The notes beneath the pieces were generated by a model. The model was given only the letters and a program-made list of their open reading frames with translations. It did no database searches and was not told the origin of the DNA. Below, piece by piece: positions 1 through 9,805 of a stretch of 32,000 nucleotides of DNA. The first letter of the stretch is position 1. Each line of letters starts with the position of its first letter. The position numbers were made by a program, and so were the translations under genes. Where the stretch lies: assembly GCA_001790095.1 (NCBI GenBank), contig MGBH01000001.1, forward strand, positions 630,001 to 662,000, given 5' to 3'. Origin of the DNA: Candidatus Saccharimonadota bacterium (lineage in GTDB: Bacteria; Patescibacteriota; Microgenomatia; UBA1406; GWC2-37-13).

Positions 1-789
1 TCTCTCTTGATCTATCGACTCTCTATCTGGATATTTGCCCGGCCAAATGATCACATCCTCATTTGTCAAAAGTGGGTAAGCTTTAAAAATTCGTTTTTTA
101 TTTTCTTTATTCCCTTGTTCTTTTAATCGCATGATAAGAGAGTCTTCGTGTAACAAGTTACCAATAACGACAACTTTTGTATTAATGTCACCCATAGGAA
201 TGAGTTCTCCTGTGAACCATTGATATGTTTTATCTCTTCCTTCTTGGGTTTTGACTGTGTTTATATCCTCTACATCGTCACAAATAATTAAATCTGGTCG
301 ATATGCGCCGTGACGAAGTCCACGTATTGATTCGTTCGCAGAAATAGCAAGAATTCGTGTCCCATAGGGACCGATTATAAGTGAGTCTGCTCTCCATGCA
401 TCATTCTCTTCGGCAAACGGGCCAAAGTCTTCAATTAACAAACTATTTGATTCAAGTTCATTTTTGATCTGATACAACAATGTTTTGCTTTGATTTTGTG
501 TCAAGCTCGCAACAACAATACATTTCTTTTGAGGTGTTCCAAGCATAGCCCACAAAGGATAGGAAAGAGTCATTATGGTTGACTTCGCAGACCCTCGAAA
601 AGATACTATCACAGCGTCTTTTATGTTTTCATTCTCGGTTATGTTGAATATTTCTTTATGAAAATCTGCTGTCTTAAATTTGACGTAATGACTGAGGTAT
701 ATGTGGAAAAACCAATAATGGCTTTTCATTGCAAGGTTTTTTCGAACTCCTCGATTGTGAATAATCTTCTGTAAAACATCATGATCCAT
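1..789 (-). CDS. terL: phage terminase large subunit, N-terminal ATPase part (3' end lies beyond the window start)
   Basis: Open minus-strand frame from ATG 789 to the window edge; it is absent from the ORF track because there is no stop. My translation reads MDHDVLQKIIHNRGVRKNLAMKSHYWFFH...VSFRGSAKSTIM (Walker A-like)...RPDLIICDDVED (Walker B-like). The ATG overlaps the TGA stop of the upstream gene. Confidence 0.7.
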   Translation of the reverse strand, partial: MDHDVLQKIIHNRGVRKNLAMKSHYWFFHIYLSHYVKFKTADFHKEIFNITENENIKDAVIVSFRGSAKSTIMTLSYPLWAMLGTPQKKCIVVASLTQNQSKTLLYQIKNELESNSLLIEDFGPFAEENDAWRADSLIIGPYGTRILAISANESIRGLRHGAYRPDLIICDDVEDINTVKTQEGRDKTYQWFTGELIPMGDINTKVVVIGNLLHEDSLIMRLKEQGNKENKKRIFKAYPLLTNEDVIIWPGKYPDRESIDQER

Positions 790-1213
790 TATTTTCCACT
801 TTTTCAACTTCTAACGACGGCGAAAATGATGCGAGTTCTAAAGCTTTATTTATAAGTAATTCTTGTTCTTGAGTAAGAGGAATATTCTCATTTTTTACTT
901 TTGCAGTAAGTTCAATCCTATTTCCATATTGTCTGTGATTATGTTTTAACCAAAAGATTATTGCTGTTAAATCATTATTTTGAATTGCCTTTAAAAGTTG
1001 CGATTCGGCAAGATCATTTATGAAGTTACGACCAGTCGCAATAGATTCATCAGCCTTACGAACAAACTCTTCATCTTCATTTCGCCAACGATAGTATGTA
1101 GAGCGTCCAACCCCCGTCTTTTCACACGCAATTTGAACAATTGGCACTCTCTTTAGTTGTTCAATGAGAAGTTCTTTATTCTTTTCAATTCGTTCAGTAA
1201 TTGAATTACTCAT
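779..1213 (-). CDS. small HTH protein, probable terminase small subunit
   Basis: 144-aa ORF with an HTH-like segment IACEKTGVGRSTYYRWRNEDEEF. It sits directly upstream of and overlaps terL, and overlaps the upstream methylase gene by 8 nt, which is the classic TerS position. Confidence 0.5.
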   Translation of the reverse strand: MSNSITERIEKNKELLIEQLKRVPIVQIACEKTGVGRSTYYRWRNEDEEFVRKADESIATGRNFINDLAESQLLKAIQNNDLTAIIFWLKHNHRQYGNRIELTAKVKNENIPLTQEQELLINKALELASFSPSLEVEKVENNGS

Positions 1214-2540
1214 ATAGTTTAATAGCTTTTTTGCCGGTCAGTTTTTGCCAGCGATTTCTAATCACTTCTGCATAAATTGGTGATTTTTCCATGAGGAAAC
1301 AGCGACGTTTCATTCTTTCACAAGCTATAAGAGTACTTCCTGATCCGCCAAATGGTTCGGCGACTAAATCTCCTCTTTTGGTAAGTACTTTTATGTAAGG
1401 AATCAATATTTCAATTGGCTTTGTGCCAAAGATAATACCTTGTCCTGAGCTTTTTTCATCTGCAGCATGGTACTCTATAAAATCTGTCGGTTGATATTTT
1501 TTCCCCTTCTTATATCCTTCCCATTGAGGTTTTCCTGCGATTGCATAAAGTGCAGTTTCATATTCATTTTGTAATCCGTCACCTTCGCTTTCATAATTGA
1601 ATTCAACATCAACAGTCTTACTAGCTCCCACCATTGCAATATCGTGTTTACTGAAAAACTTATACTTTGCTGCAAAACCTTGATTCCGGTTTGGCAAATG
1701 CCACACAATCATATTCTTTACCTTCCAATACTTCTCCATGACGCCCCATATTGTTCGTATATTTTTCCAATTCTCATAGACAATTATTGAAAAATGTTCC
1801 CCTTGGATTTTGGCAATGCTTCCCATCCATTTTTCAGTAAAGTCAGGAGGAAGTAGATCCGTTTCTAGGTATCTTCGATCTCTCTTTGCTCCAAAACCCG
1901 TTACTGCAGTTCCATGTTTTTTCTTTCCATTAAGGTAGTCGAGAATATAGGGAGGATCTGTAAAACACATATCTGCCTTTTCACTTCCGAAAAGTTTTAG
2001 GGTGTTTTCTTCTATGGTCGAGTCTCCACACATCATCCTATGATCTCCTAGTTTCCATACCTGTCCTTTTTGTATCTCAATATTCTTTATTTTTAGTTTT
2101 TCCAGTTCTTTTTTAAGATCAAACTGTTCTGGTGTAATATCGATATTAAAAATATCATCAATTTCCTCACTACTAAACCCTACATCAGTTAAGAGGGAGG
2201 GGTCAAACTTAGCCAACAAATCAAAATCCCAATCTCCAGTGTCGCGGTTTAATCGGAGATTGAGTTCTTTTTCTTTATTTTCATCAGGTATTTGGAGATA
2301 TACAACAGGAACTTTTGTATATTGAAGCTGTTTTGCGATAAAAAGACGAAAGTGACCTCCAATTACTATGTTCTTACGCTCCTGAGAGCCGTTTACAATA
2401 ATAGGATCAACCAAACCGAAGCGTTTAATACTTTCCTTAAGGTTTGAAATGGCATCTTCATTCCATTTTCTGGGATTATAAAGAGATGGTTTTAAATCGC
2501 CGATGTTTACCTCGACGATATTTAGCTTTGAGTTATTCAT
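1206..2540 (-). CDS. ParB-like nuclease domain fused to a beta-class DNA methyltransferase (DPPY, probably N6-adenine)
   Basis: N-terminal ParB-like region (LYNPRKW...GGHFR), then motif IV CFTDPPY followed by motif I EPFGGSGSTLIACE. The track start is GTG 2561. I prefer ATG 2540 (MNNSKLNIVEV) because TTGACA (2573-2578) plus 17 nt plus TATAGC (2550-2555) lies upstream of it. Confidence 0.8.
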   Translation of the reverse strand: MNNSKLNIVEVNIGDLKPSLYNPRKWNEDAISNLKESIKRFGLVDPIIVNGSQERKNIVIGGHFRLFIAKQLQYTKVPVVYLQIPDENKEKELNLRLNRDTGDWDFDLLAKFDPSLLTDVGFSSEEIDDIFNIDITPEQFDLKKELEKLKIKNIEIQKGQVWKLGDHRMMCGDSTIEENTLKLFGSEKADMCFTDPPYILDYLNGKKKHGTAVTGFGAKRDRRYLETDLLPPDFTEKWMGSIAKIQGEHFSIIVYENWKNIRTIWGVMEKYWKVKNMIVWHLPNRNQGFAAKYKFFSKHDIAMVGASKTVDVEFNYESEGDGLQNEYETALYAIAGKPQWEGYKKGKKYQPTDFIEYHAADEKSSGQGIIFGTKPIEILIPYIKVLTKRGDLVAEPFGGSGSTLIACERMKRRCFLMEKSPIYAEVIRNRWQKLTGKKAIKLYE

Positions 2541-2607
2541 ATAGCACATGCTATATTGCACCCCCCAGAGTGTGTCAACTTAGGTATAGGAGTGTAAAGG
2601 AGTGTAT

Positions 2608-3057
2608 TTACTTAACGTAGGCTAATTTGATGCCCTTTCCTGATAAAATAAAAATGTCATTTCCCTGATTTTTGTCTCTATTTATTCCAAATCTTCTTCT
2701 AATTTGACGGATTACTAAACGAAATTTCTCTCTCAATTTCTTTTTATCCTTTTTACTTTCAAATTTAATGGTAAATTTTTGAGCAATTTCAACATATGTT
2801 ACTTCTTTTCCAGGCTCATTAAACAACATACTCATAAGTTTGAAAGGAGTGTTATGCTCTCTCATTTGGATTGGTTTTAGTGTTCCATAAGTTAAATACC
2901 CATTTACCGGATTAAACGAAAGAGTGCCATACGGCACAATATCATCTTCAGGTTTCTTTGTATTTTTTATGGCTAATGCGACTCTTCTGATTGATCTAAG
3001 CCCTTTTGTTATGACAACCAAAGGATTGTCTTGAAGTTCCTCTTCTACTTTTATCAT
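2608..3057 (-). CDS. winged-helix (OmpR/PhoB C-terminal type) DNA-binding protein, no receiver domain
   Basis: 149 aa. The pattern LSFNP..GYLTYG..PIQMREHNTPFKLMSMLFNEPGKEVTYVEIAQ...LVIRQIRRRFGI...ILSGKGIKL follows the Trans_reg_C layout. It is the first gene of the minus-strand packaging operon and is divergent from the defence operon. Confidence 0.5.
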   Translation of the reverse strand: MIKVEEELQDNPLVVITKGLRSIRRVALAIKNTKKPEDDIVPYGTLSFNPVNGYLTYGTLKPIQMREHNTPFKLMSMLFNEPGKEVTYVEIAQKFTIKFESKKDKKKLREKFRLVIRQIRRRFGINRDKNQGNDIFILSGKGIKLAYVK

Positions 3058-3065
3058 TTATTCGT

Positions 3066-3071
3066 ATTATA
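3066..3071 (-). promoter_or_regulatory. -10 box TATAAT of the minus-strand packaging operon
   Basis: ATG 3057 is 8 nt downstream on the minus strand. Confidence 0.45.
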
Positions 3072-3164
3072 GATTATTGCTATAAAATAACAAATATCGC
3101 TTAGTTTTAATTGAGAAAATAATCGATTTTATTTGTTGGTACTAAGGAAAGATTTGAAGAAAAG

Positions 3165-3173
3165 TGATAGAAT
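3165..3173 (+). promoter_or_regulatory. extended -10 promoter TGATAGAAT of the defence operon
   Basis: ATG 3184 is 10 nt downstream. No SD is present. Confidence 0.55.
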
Positions 3174-3183
3174 ATATCTTATT

Positions 3184-6100
3184 ATGGCAACCTCAGATCT
3201 AACATTTATTACAAATGAAAAAGATAATACTCTTCTTGACCGATTTAATAAACTTATCAGGGACACTCGCTTCTTCGATGTTTTAGTTGGCTATTTTTAT
3301 ACTAGCGGTTTTTATTCGTTATACAAAACACTTGAAACTACAGAAAAAATACGGATATTAATTGGAATAAGTACTAATAAAGAAACATCAGATTTGGTTA
3401 AACAGACTCAACAGCAACTTCAATTTTCACACTCTGAAACTAAAACTCATTATTCGTCGATGGTTGTTGAAGAAATAACTAATTCCAAAGATAGTCCCGA
3501 AATTGAAGAGGGTGTTAAAAAATTTATGGATTGGCTTATATCTGGAAAACTTGAAATAAGAGCATATCCAACAGAAAATATTCATGCAAAACTTTATGTG
3601 ATGACATTTGCTGAGGAAGATAGAGATAAAGGGAGAGTTATAACTGGATCAAGCAACTTTACAAAGGCAGGAATGGTAGATAATCTTGAATTCAATGTTG
3701 AACTCAAAAACCCCTCCGATTATGAATTTGCTAAAGATAAATTTGAAGAGTTGTGGATACAGGGTGTGGATGTGAAGGACACTTATCTTGAAACAATTAA
3801 ACAAAAAACATGGCTTAATAATGAAATTAAACCATACGAATTATATTTAAAATTTCTTTACGAATATTTCAAGGATGAAATAAATCAAAACGAGGAACTT
3901 CTATTTCAATTTGTACCTTCAGGGTTTAAAAAACTTGAATATCAAGAACAGGCAGTTTTGAATGCTAAAAAAATATTAGAAGAATATGGAGGTGTTTTCC
4001 TCTCCGATGTCGTTGGTCTTGGAAAAACATATATGGCAGCCCTCCTAGCGAGTCAAATCGATGGGAGAACTCTTGTTATTGCTCCTCCTGTACTTCTAGA
4101 TGAAAACAATCCAGGCTCATGGACAAATGTTTTTGAAGACTTTGGCATTCGAGCAGCTCATTTTGAATCTATTGGAAAACTTGAAAAATTACTAGAAGTT
4201 GGGACAGATAAATATAAGAATATCATCATAGATGAAGCTCATCGATTTAGAACAGAAACAAATGCCACCTATGAAGATCTTGCTGAAATTTGTCGAGGCA
4301 AACGAGTGATATTAGTCACTGCAACACCTTTTAATAATCGACCAAAAGATATTTTAAGTCAAATAAAACTATTTCAAAACTCTAAAAAGAGCACTATTCC
4401 AGGCGTTTCAAATTTAGAATCATTTTTTGGTTCTTTAGAAAATAAATTAAACGAAATTGATCGTCACAAAGATACAAAATCATATATTGAAGTTGCAAAA
4501 AATAATGCAAAAGAGATTAGAGAAAAAGTACTCAAGTATCTTATGGTTCGTAGGACAAGATCAGAAATTCAAACATATTTTGAAAAAGACTTAAAGAAAC
4601 AAGGACTTAAATTTCCAGAAGTTGCGGACCCAGAAGCAATTTTTTATGAATTAACAAATGATGAAGATGTTGTTTTTACTAAAACAATAGAGCTTATAGC
4701 TTCAAAATTTTCTTATGCTCGATACACTCCCATGCTTTTTTATAAAGGATCACAGATAAGTGCCTTTGAACAAACACAACAGAAAAATCTTGGGAGATTT
4801 ATGAGGATTCTGCTTGTAAAGCGTTTGGAAAGCAGTTTTTTTGCTTTTAAAAATAGTGTCAATAGATTTATTCATACATACGAATCATTTATTGACGAAT
4901 TCGATAAGGGGTCGGTATATATAAGTAAAAAGTACTCAAATAAGGTGTTTGAATACTTAGATGATGAAGATCTGGAACAAGTTCAGAAATTAATTGATGA
5001 TGAAAAAGCTCAAAAACTTCCCTCGGCGGAATTTGATTCCACTTATAGGAAACTTTTATCTGATGATTTAATTTGCCTGAAGGAAATTGCCAAGTTATGG
5101 GACACTATTCATCATGATCCAAAATTAGATACGTTTATAAGCGTATTATCGAGTCACAAGATACTAAAGGAAAGCAAACTAATTGTATTTACTGAGTCAA
5201 AAGAAACTGCTACATATTTGGCAAAACAATTATCAGAGAAATATCCTTCACAAATACTTCTTTTTTCAGGTCAATCTAGTGCAACAACTCGAGATGAAGT
5301 GATAAGTAATTTCGATGCAAAAGCACGAGCTCCCAAAGACGATTTTAGGATATTGGTCACCACAGAAGTATTATCAGAGGGAGTCAATCTTCATAGATCA
5401 AATGTTGTTATCAATTATGACATTCCTTGGAATCCAACACGACTCATGCAACGAGTTGGGCGTATTAATCGTGTAGATACAACTTTTGATAAAATCTATA
5501 CCTATAATTTTTTCCCTACCAAACAGGCAAACGATGAAATAAAGCTTAAAGAAGCAGCCGAATCAAAAATTCATGCTTTTATATCTTTGCTTGGATCAGA
5601 TTCACGATTACTCACCGATGGAGAAGAAATTGAATCACATGAGTTATTTAGTCGATTAATTTCTAAAAAAACTATTCTCGGTGAAGATGAAGCCGAAGAA
5701 AGCCCTTTAAAATATCTTAAAGTTATTAAGGACATACGTGATAATCAACCAGATTTATTTAATAGTATAAAACTGCTACCAAAAAAGTCTCGCTCAGCAA
5801 AAGAAAGTAGGATAAGTGGAGAGAGTCTCATAACATACTTTAGAAAGGGAAAAATGCAAAAGTTTTATCTTAATAAGAATGGAAATGCGGAAGAGGTAGA
5901 TTTTATAAGCACCGCACATTTGCTTGAAGCAACGCAAGAAACGCAAAGAATTATAATAGGAAACAAATTCTATGCACTCCTAGATCAAAATAAACAACTA
6001 TTTGAGCAAATAGCAATTGATGATATAAATATTCAACAAAGTAGAGGAGGAAGAGACTCATCTTCTCAATTGTTAAAAGAAGTTAAAGCGATTAAAGACA

Positions 6101-6363
6101 CTCGTCAGTTTACTGAAGAACAAGAGGATTACCTTAGAAAACTTATTCACAAACTTGAAGTTGGTGGAATACCAAAGCAAACAGCAAAAGTGACGCTAGT
6201 TGAGCTTAAAAAAGATTATAGTGATGGATTCAATCCGCTTAAACTATTGGCAATCATACAAAAAAATATACCAAATAGATTTTTAGAGAGTCACTATATT
6301 GAATCTGCAGATTCATTTTCAACAAGAGAAGTCATACTTTCCGAATTTTTACTCGGTAGTTAA
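3184..6363 (+). CDS. PLD (HKD) nuclease domain fused to an SNF2-family helicase
   Basis: HKD motif NIHAKLYVM plus GSSNFT, then SNF2 motifs DVVGLGKTYMA, IIIDEAHRFR, LVTATPFNN and helicase-C LVTTEVLSEGVNL...QRVGRINR. The track start TTG 3133 would place the -10 box (3165-3173) inside the CDS, so ATG 3184 (MATSDLTF) is preferred. Confidence 0.85.
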   Translation: MATSDLTFITNEKDNTLLDRFNKLIRDTRFFDVLVGYFYTSGFYSLYKTLETTEKIRILIGISTNKETSDLVKQTQQQLQFSHSETKTHYSSMVVEEITNSKDSPEIEEGVKKFMDWLISGKLEIRAYPTENIHAKLYVMTFAEEDRDKGRVITGSSNFTKAGMVDNLEFNVELKNPSDYEFAKDKFEELWIQGVDVKDTYLETIKQKTWLNNEIKPYELYLKFLYEYFKDEINQNEELLFQFVPSGFKKLEYQEQAVLNAKKILEEYGGVFLSDVVGLGKTYMAALLASQIDGRTLVIAPPVLLDENNPGSWTNVFEDFGIRAAHFESIGKLEKLLEVGTDKYKNIIIDEAHRFRTETNATYEDLAEICRGKRVILVTATPFNNRPKDILSQIKLFQNSKKSTIPGVSNLESFFGSLENKLNEIDRHKDTKSYIEVAKNNAKEIREKVLKYLMVRRTRSEIQTYFEKDLKKQGLKFPEVADPEAIFYELTNDEDVVFTKTIELIASKFSYARYTPMLFYKGSQISAFEQTQQKNLGRFMRILLVKRLESSFFAFKNSVNRFIHTYESFIDEFDKGSVYISKKYSNKVFEYLDDEDLEQVQKLIDDEKAQKLPSAEFDSTYRKLLSDDLICLKEIAKLWDTIHHDPKLDTFISVLSSHKILKESKLIVFTESKETATYLAKQLSEKYPSQILLFSGQSSATTRDEVISNFDAKARAPKDDFRILVTTEVLSEGVNLHRSNVVINYDIPWNPTRLMQRVGRINRVDTTFDKIYTYNFFPTKQANDEIKLKEAAESKIHAFISLLGSDSRLLTDGEEIESHELFSRLISKKTILGEDEAEESPLKYLKVIKDIRDNQPDLFNSIKLLPKKSRSAKESRISGESLITYFRKGKMQKFYLNKNGNAEEVDFISTAHLLEATQETQRIIIGNKFYALLDQNKQLFEQIAIDDINIQQSRGGRDSSSQLLKEVKAIKDTRQFTEEQEDYLRKLIHKLEVGGIPKQTAKVTLVELKKDYSDGFNPLKLLAIIQKNIPNRFLESHYIESADSFSTREVILSEFLLGS

Positions 6364-6365
6364 CT

Positions 6366-9300
6366 ATGGACAAACAATATGCGATTAATTTAATAAGAGA
6401 ATTATTTGAAAATTCATTCCAGAAGGAGAAATTCATTTTCTTTGTAAAAAACCTACTTAATCATATTGAAGAAGCGCCATTTCTATATCGAGGAGCGTAT
6501 ATTCCAGGAATTTTTCAAGCTGATGTGAAAACAATCGAACGAATTGGCAAATACCAAGACATTAACGGAAAACAACTCGACATATTAATAGTTACTTTTT
6601 TGCGCCAAGAAACACTTGAAAGAGCTAGGTCATTGCAAAGAAATATTATAGCTTGGTATCTTAATGGTGGAAGAGGCGGAAATATGAAGGATGCAGCTTT
6701 GGTTGCTTTTATATCTCCAAGCAATCAAGATTGGCGTTTTTCCTTCGTCAAAATGGAATATAAATATGATTCTGAAGCAAAGAAAATTAAAGAATCATAT
6801 ACTCCTGCAAAACGATATTCCTATCTCGTTGGACCACAAGAGGCTAGTCACACAGCGCAAAGTATGATGCTTCCTGTTTTGTTAAACGATAAGATTAATC
6901 CTACTCTTGAGGAGGTTGAGGCTATTTTCAAAATAGAAAAAGTGACAAAAGAGTTTTTTGAGAAATATAAAAACCTTTTTCTAAATTTAGCAGATCAGTT
7001 TAATAAAAACCTTGAGTTCGAACAAAAAGTAGTAAAAGAACATAAGATTCAAGTGGCTGATTTTGTAAAAAAACTGATGGGACAAATAGTCTTTCTTTAT
7101 TTTTTGCAGAAGAAAGGATGGCTTGGAGTTAAGCCTGGAGATAAGTGGGGCTCAGGTGATAAAAAGTTTATGCATAATCTCTTTCATAAAGAGTACTGTG
7201 AATACGTCAACTTTTATAATGATGTTTTAGAGCCATTGTTTTACAACACACTCAATAGTAGAGATCGACAAAATAGCTCTGTGATTAACGATCAATCCTA
7301 TAGCCCATTTTTTAAATGTCGTATTCCTTATTTAAATGGAGGTCTATTTACTCCTGTTTATGATTGGGTTAAATCGAAAATATTTATTGATAATAAATAC
7401 TTCCAGGATATATTTGATGTATTTGATACCTTTAATTTTACTGTCTTTGAGTCTGATCCGATCGAAAAGGAAGTAGCAGTAGATCCAGAGATGTTGGGAA
7501 AAGTATTTGAGAATCTTCTTGAAATAAGAGACAGAAAAAGTAAAGGTGCATTTTATACACCTCGAGAAATTGTTCACTATATGTGTCAGGAAAGTCTTAT
7601 TAACTATTTAATTAGTAAGAGCGATTATCCAGAAGATCGTATAAGAAAATTAATGAAATCAAAAGATCAAGAATTAGCTCGTACTAAGGAACAAGTGTCA
7701 AAACTTGAACAAATGCATGATTTAAAAGAAATGGCGATCAAAGTTAATGAACTATTAAAGAACGTTAAGGTCTGTGATCCAGCAGTAGGTTCAGGAGCCT
7801 TTCCAATGGGCTTATTAAAAGAAATCTCATCAGTTAGATATTTTTTAAATAGATATTTTTTAAAAGAAACAAATAAGTACGGTCAAATATTAACCGAATA
7901 TGACATAAAAAAAGAAACCTTAGAAAACTGTATATATGGTGTTGATATCGATCCTGGGGCGGTGGAGATTGCGCGGTTACGCTTCTGGCTTTCTTTAGTG
8001 GTTGAGCATGATATTGAAGAAATTGAGCCACTTCCAAACTTAGACTATAAAATCATGCAAGGAAATTCATTAATTGAGCTATATTTACCCACACTTACCT
8101 CTAAAACGAACGATGAGTCAAAAAATAAACTGATTAACGATTTCAATGAGGCAAAATTAGAGTATTTTAGTATTTCAGACATACAAACAAAAAGTAAAAA
8201 AAGAGAGCAAATTAATATACTTGCTCGTAGCATCATTAATTATGACAAACAACAACAGCGAAAAAAACTCTACAGTCAAATTGAAGACAAGAAAAGTCAG
8301 CTACGAATGTTTGGTTTACAAAATGAACAACAAACGTTAGCTGATGCTGAGTTTTATTCCAAGCTTGATTTGATAAAAGATTATACAGAAAAAGACCATT
8401 TTGAATGGCATTTAAACTTCAGTGAGGTCTTTGAAAAAGGTGGTTTTGATATTGTGATCGCTAATCCTCCTTATATAAAAGAATATGTAAATAAAAAGGC
8501 TTTTGATGGATTGAGAAACTCCCCATATTATCAAGGAAAAATGGATATTTGGTATTTATTTACATGTTATGCAATTGATCTTTTAAAGAATAATTCAGGA
8601 GTGCTTACCTTAATAGCTCAAAACAACTGGGTAACAAGCCACGGGGCGTCCAAAATGCGAAATAGAGTCTTAAAAGACGCACAGATTTTAAGCTTAGTTG
8701 ACTTTGGTGAATATAAAATATTTGAAGCTGGAATTCAAACAATGGTAATGTTGTTTAAAAAAATAACAGCACAAAACACCTATACGTTTGACTACAGAAG
8801 AATTATTGGAACCAACATTACCTTTGAAGATGTTTTAGCAATCCTAAAAAAGGAAAAAAGCATAAATACTGAGTATTTAGCTCCAATAATAGATAAAGAT
8901 CAATTAATAGATAAGATGCTCACTTTCAGTAATTCGAAAGTTGGATATATTTTAGAGAAAATTTCTAAAAAAATAAATTTTCAACTAGACTCAAATAAAG
9001 AAGTCGCTCAAGGTATAGTGTGCCCTCAAGATGCGCTTAACAAAAAGAATAAAGAAATATTAGGAAATGGTTACAGCATTGGTCAAGGTATTTTTGTAAT
9101 AAATAATTTTGAAAAAGAAGGTTTAAATTTTGATAAAGAAGAAATGAAAATAATAAACCCTTTCTTTACAACAAATGAATTAAAAAAATGGTATAAAAGT
9201 TCAGATAATGAAAAATGGATCATTTATACAGATTCAAGTTTTGCTAAATCCTCTAAGATTCAGCTATATCCAAATATTAAGAGACATTTGGACAAATTTA

Positions 9301-9800
9301 AAAAAATAATCACATCTGACAACAGACCTTATGGGCTGCATAGATCTAGAAATGAATATTTTTTTAAAGGTTCAAAAATAATCTCCTTAAGAAAGTGTCA
9401 GAAACCTACTTTTACCTATACAGATTTTGATTGCTATATTTCAGAAACCTTTTACGTTATCAAAAGCGAAAGAATTAACATGAAATACTTAGTTGGGTTA
9501 TTGAACTCAAGATTAATTTGTTTTTGGCTACGACATAAAGGCAAAATGCAAGGAAACAACTACCAGGTTGATAAGGAACCCTTAATATGCCTTCCTATTC
9601 TTAACCCGTCTATAGATGAAAATAATATTTTAGCTAACATTGTTGAGAAAATTATTTCTGTGTCTAAAAGTGAAGATTATTCAGTTAATACAGATAAGCA
9701 AAACATTGTAAGGGAATATGAGAGACAGATTGACCAAATGGTTTACAAATTATACGGATTAAATAATGACGAGATTGGCACTCTTGAGAATAGTATATAA
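6366..9800 (+). CDS. large gamma-class N6-adenine DNA methyltransferase, Eco57I / type IIG-like, with a TaqI_C-like target-recognition C-terminus
   Basis: 1144 aa. Motif I is VCDPAVGSGAFPMG and motif IV is VIANPPYIKEY. The C-terminal LLNSRLICFWLRHKG...NYQVDKEPL resembles a TaqI_C specificity domain. No obvious PD-(D/E)XK motif in the N-terminal ~380 aa. It starts 2 nt after the helicase stop. Confidence 0.85.
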   Translation: MDKQYAINLIRELFENSFQKEKFIFFVKNLLNHIEEAPFLYRGAYIPGIFQADVKTIERIGKYQDINGKQLDILIVTFLRQETLERARSLQRNIIAWYLNGGRGGNMKDAALVAFISPSNQDWRFSFVKMEYKYDSEAKKIKESYTPAKRYSYLVGPQEASHTAQSMMLPVLLNDKINPTLEEVEAIFKIEKVTKEFFEKYKNLFLNLADQFNKNLEFEQKVVKEHKIQVADFVKKLMGQIVFLYFLQKKGWLGVKPGDKWGSGDKKFMHNLFHKEYCEYVNFYNDVLEPLFYNTLNSRDRQNSSVINDQSYSPFFKCRIPYLNGGLFTPVYDWVKSKIFIDNKYFQDIFDVFDTFNFTVFESDPIEKEVAVDPEMLGKVFENLLEIRDRKSKGAFYTPREIVHYMCQESLINYLISKSDYPEDRIRKLMKSKDQELARTKEQVSKLEQMHDLKEMAIKVNELLKNVKVCDPAVGSGAFPMGLLKEISSVRYFLNRYFLKETNKYGQILTEYDIKKETLENCIYGVDIDPGAVEIARLRFWLSLVVEHDIEEIEPLPNLDYKIMQGNSLIELYLPTLTSKTNDESKNKLINDFNEAKLEYFSISDIQTKSKKREQINILARSIINYDKQQQRKKLYSQIEDKKSQLRMFGLQNEQQTLADAEFYSKLDLIKDYTEKDHFEWHLNFSEVFEKGGFDIVIANPPYIKEYVNKKAFDGLRNSPYYQGKMDIWYLFTCYAIDLLKNNSGVLTLIAQNNWVTSHGASKMRNRVLKDAQILSLVDFGEYKIFEAGIQTMVMLFKKITAQNTYTFDYRRIIGTNITFEDVLAILKKEKSINTEYLAPIIDKDQLIDKMLTFSNSKVGYILEKISKKINFQLDSNKEVAQGIVCPQDALNKKNKEILGNGYSIGQGIFVINNFEKEGLNFDKEEMKIINPFFTTNELKKWYKSSDNEKWIIYTDSSFAKSSKIQLYPNIKRHLDKFKKIITSDNRPYGLHRSRNEYFFKGSKIISLRKCQKPTFTYTDFDCYISETFYVIKSERINMKYLVGLLNSRLICFWLRHKGKMQGNNYQVDKEPLICLPILNPSIDENNILANIVEKIISVSKSEDYSVNTDKQNIVREYERQIDQMVYKLYGLNNDEIGTLENSI

Positions 9801-9805
9801 AAGTT

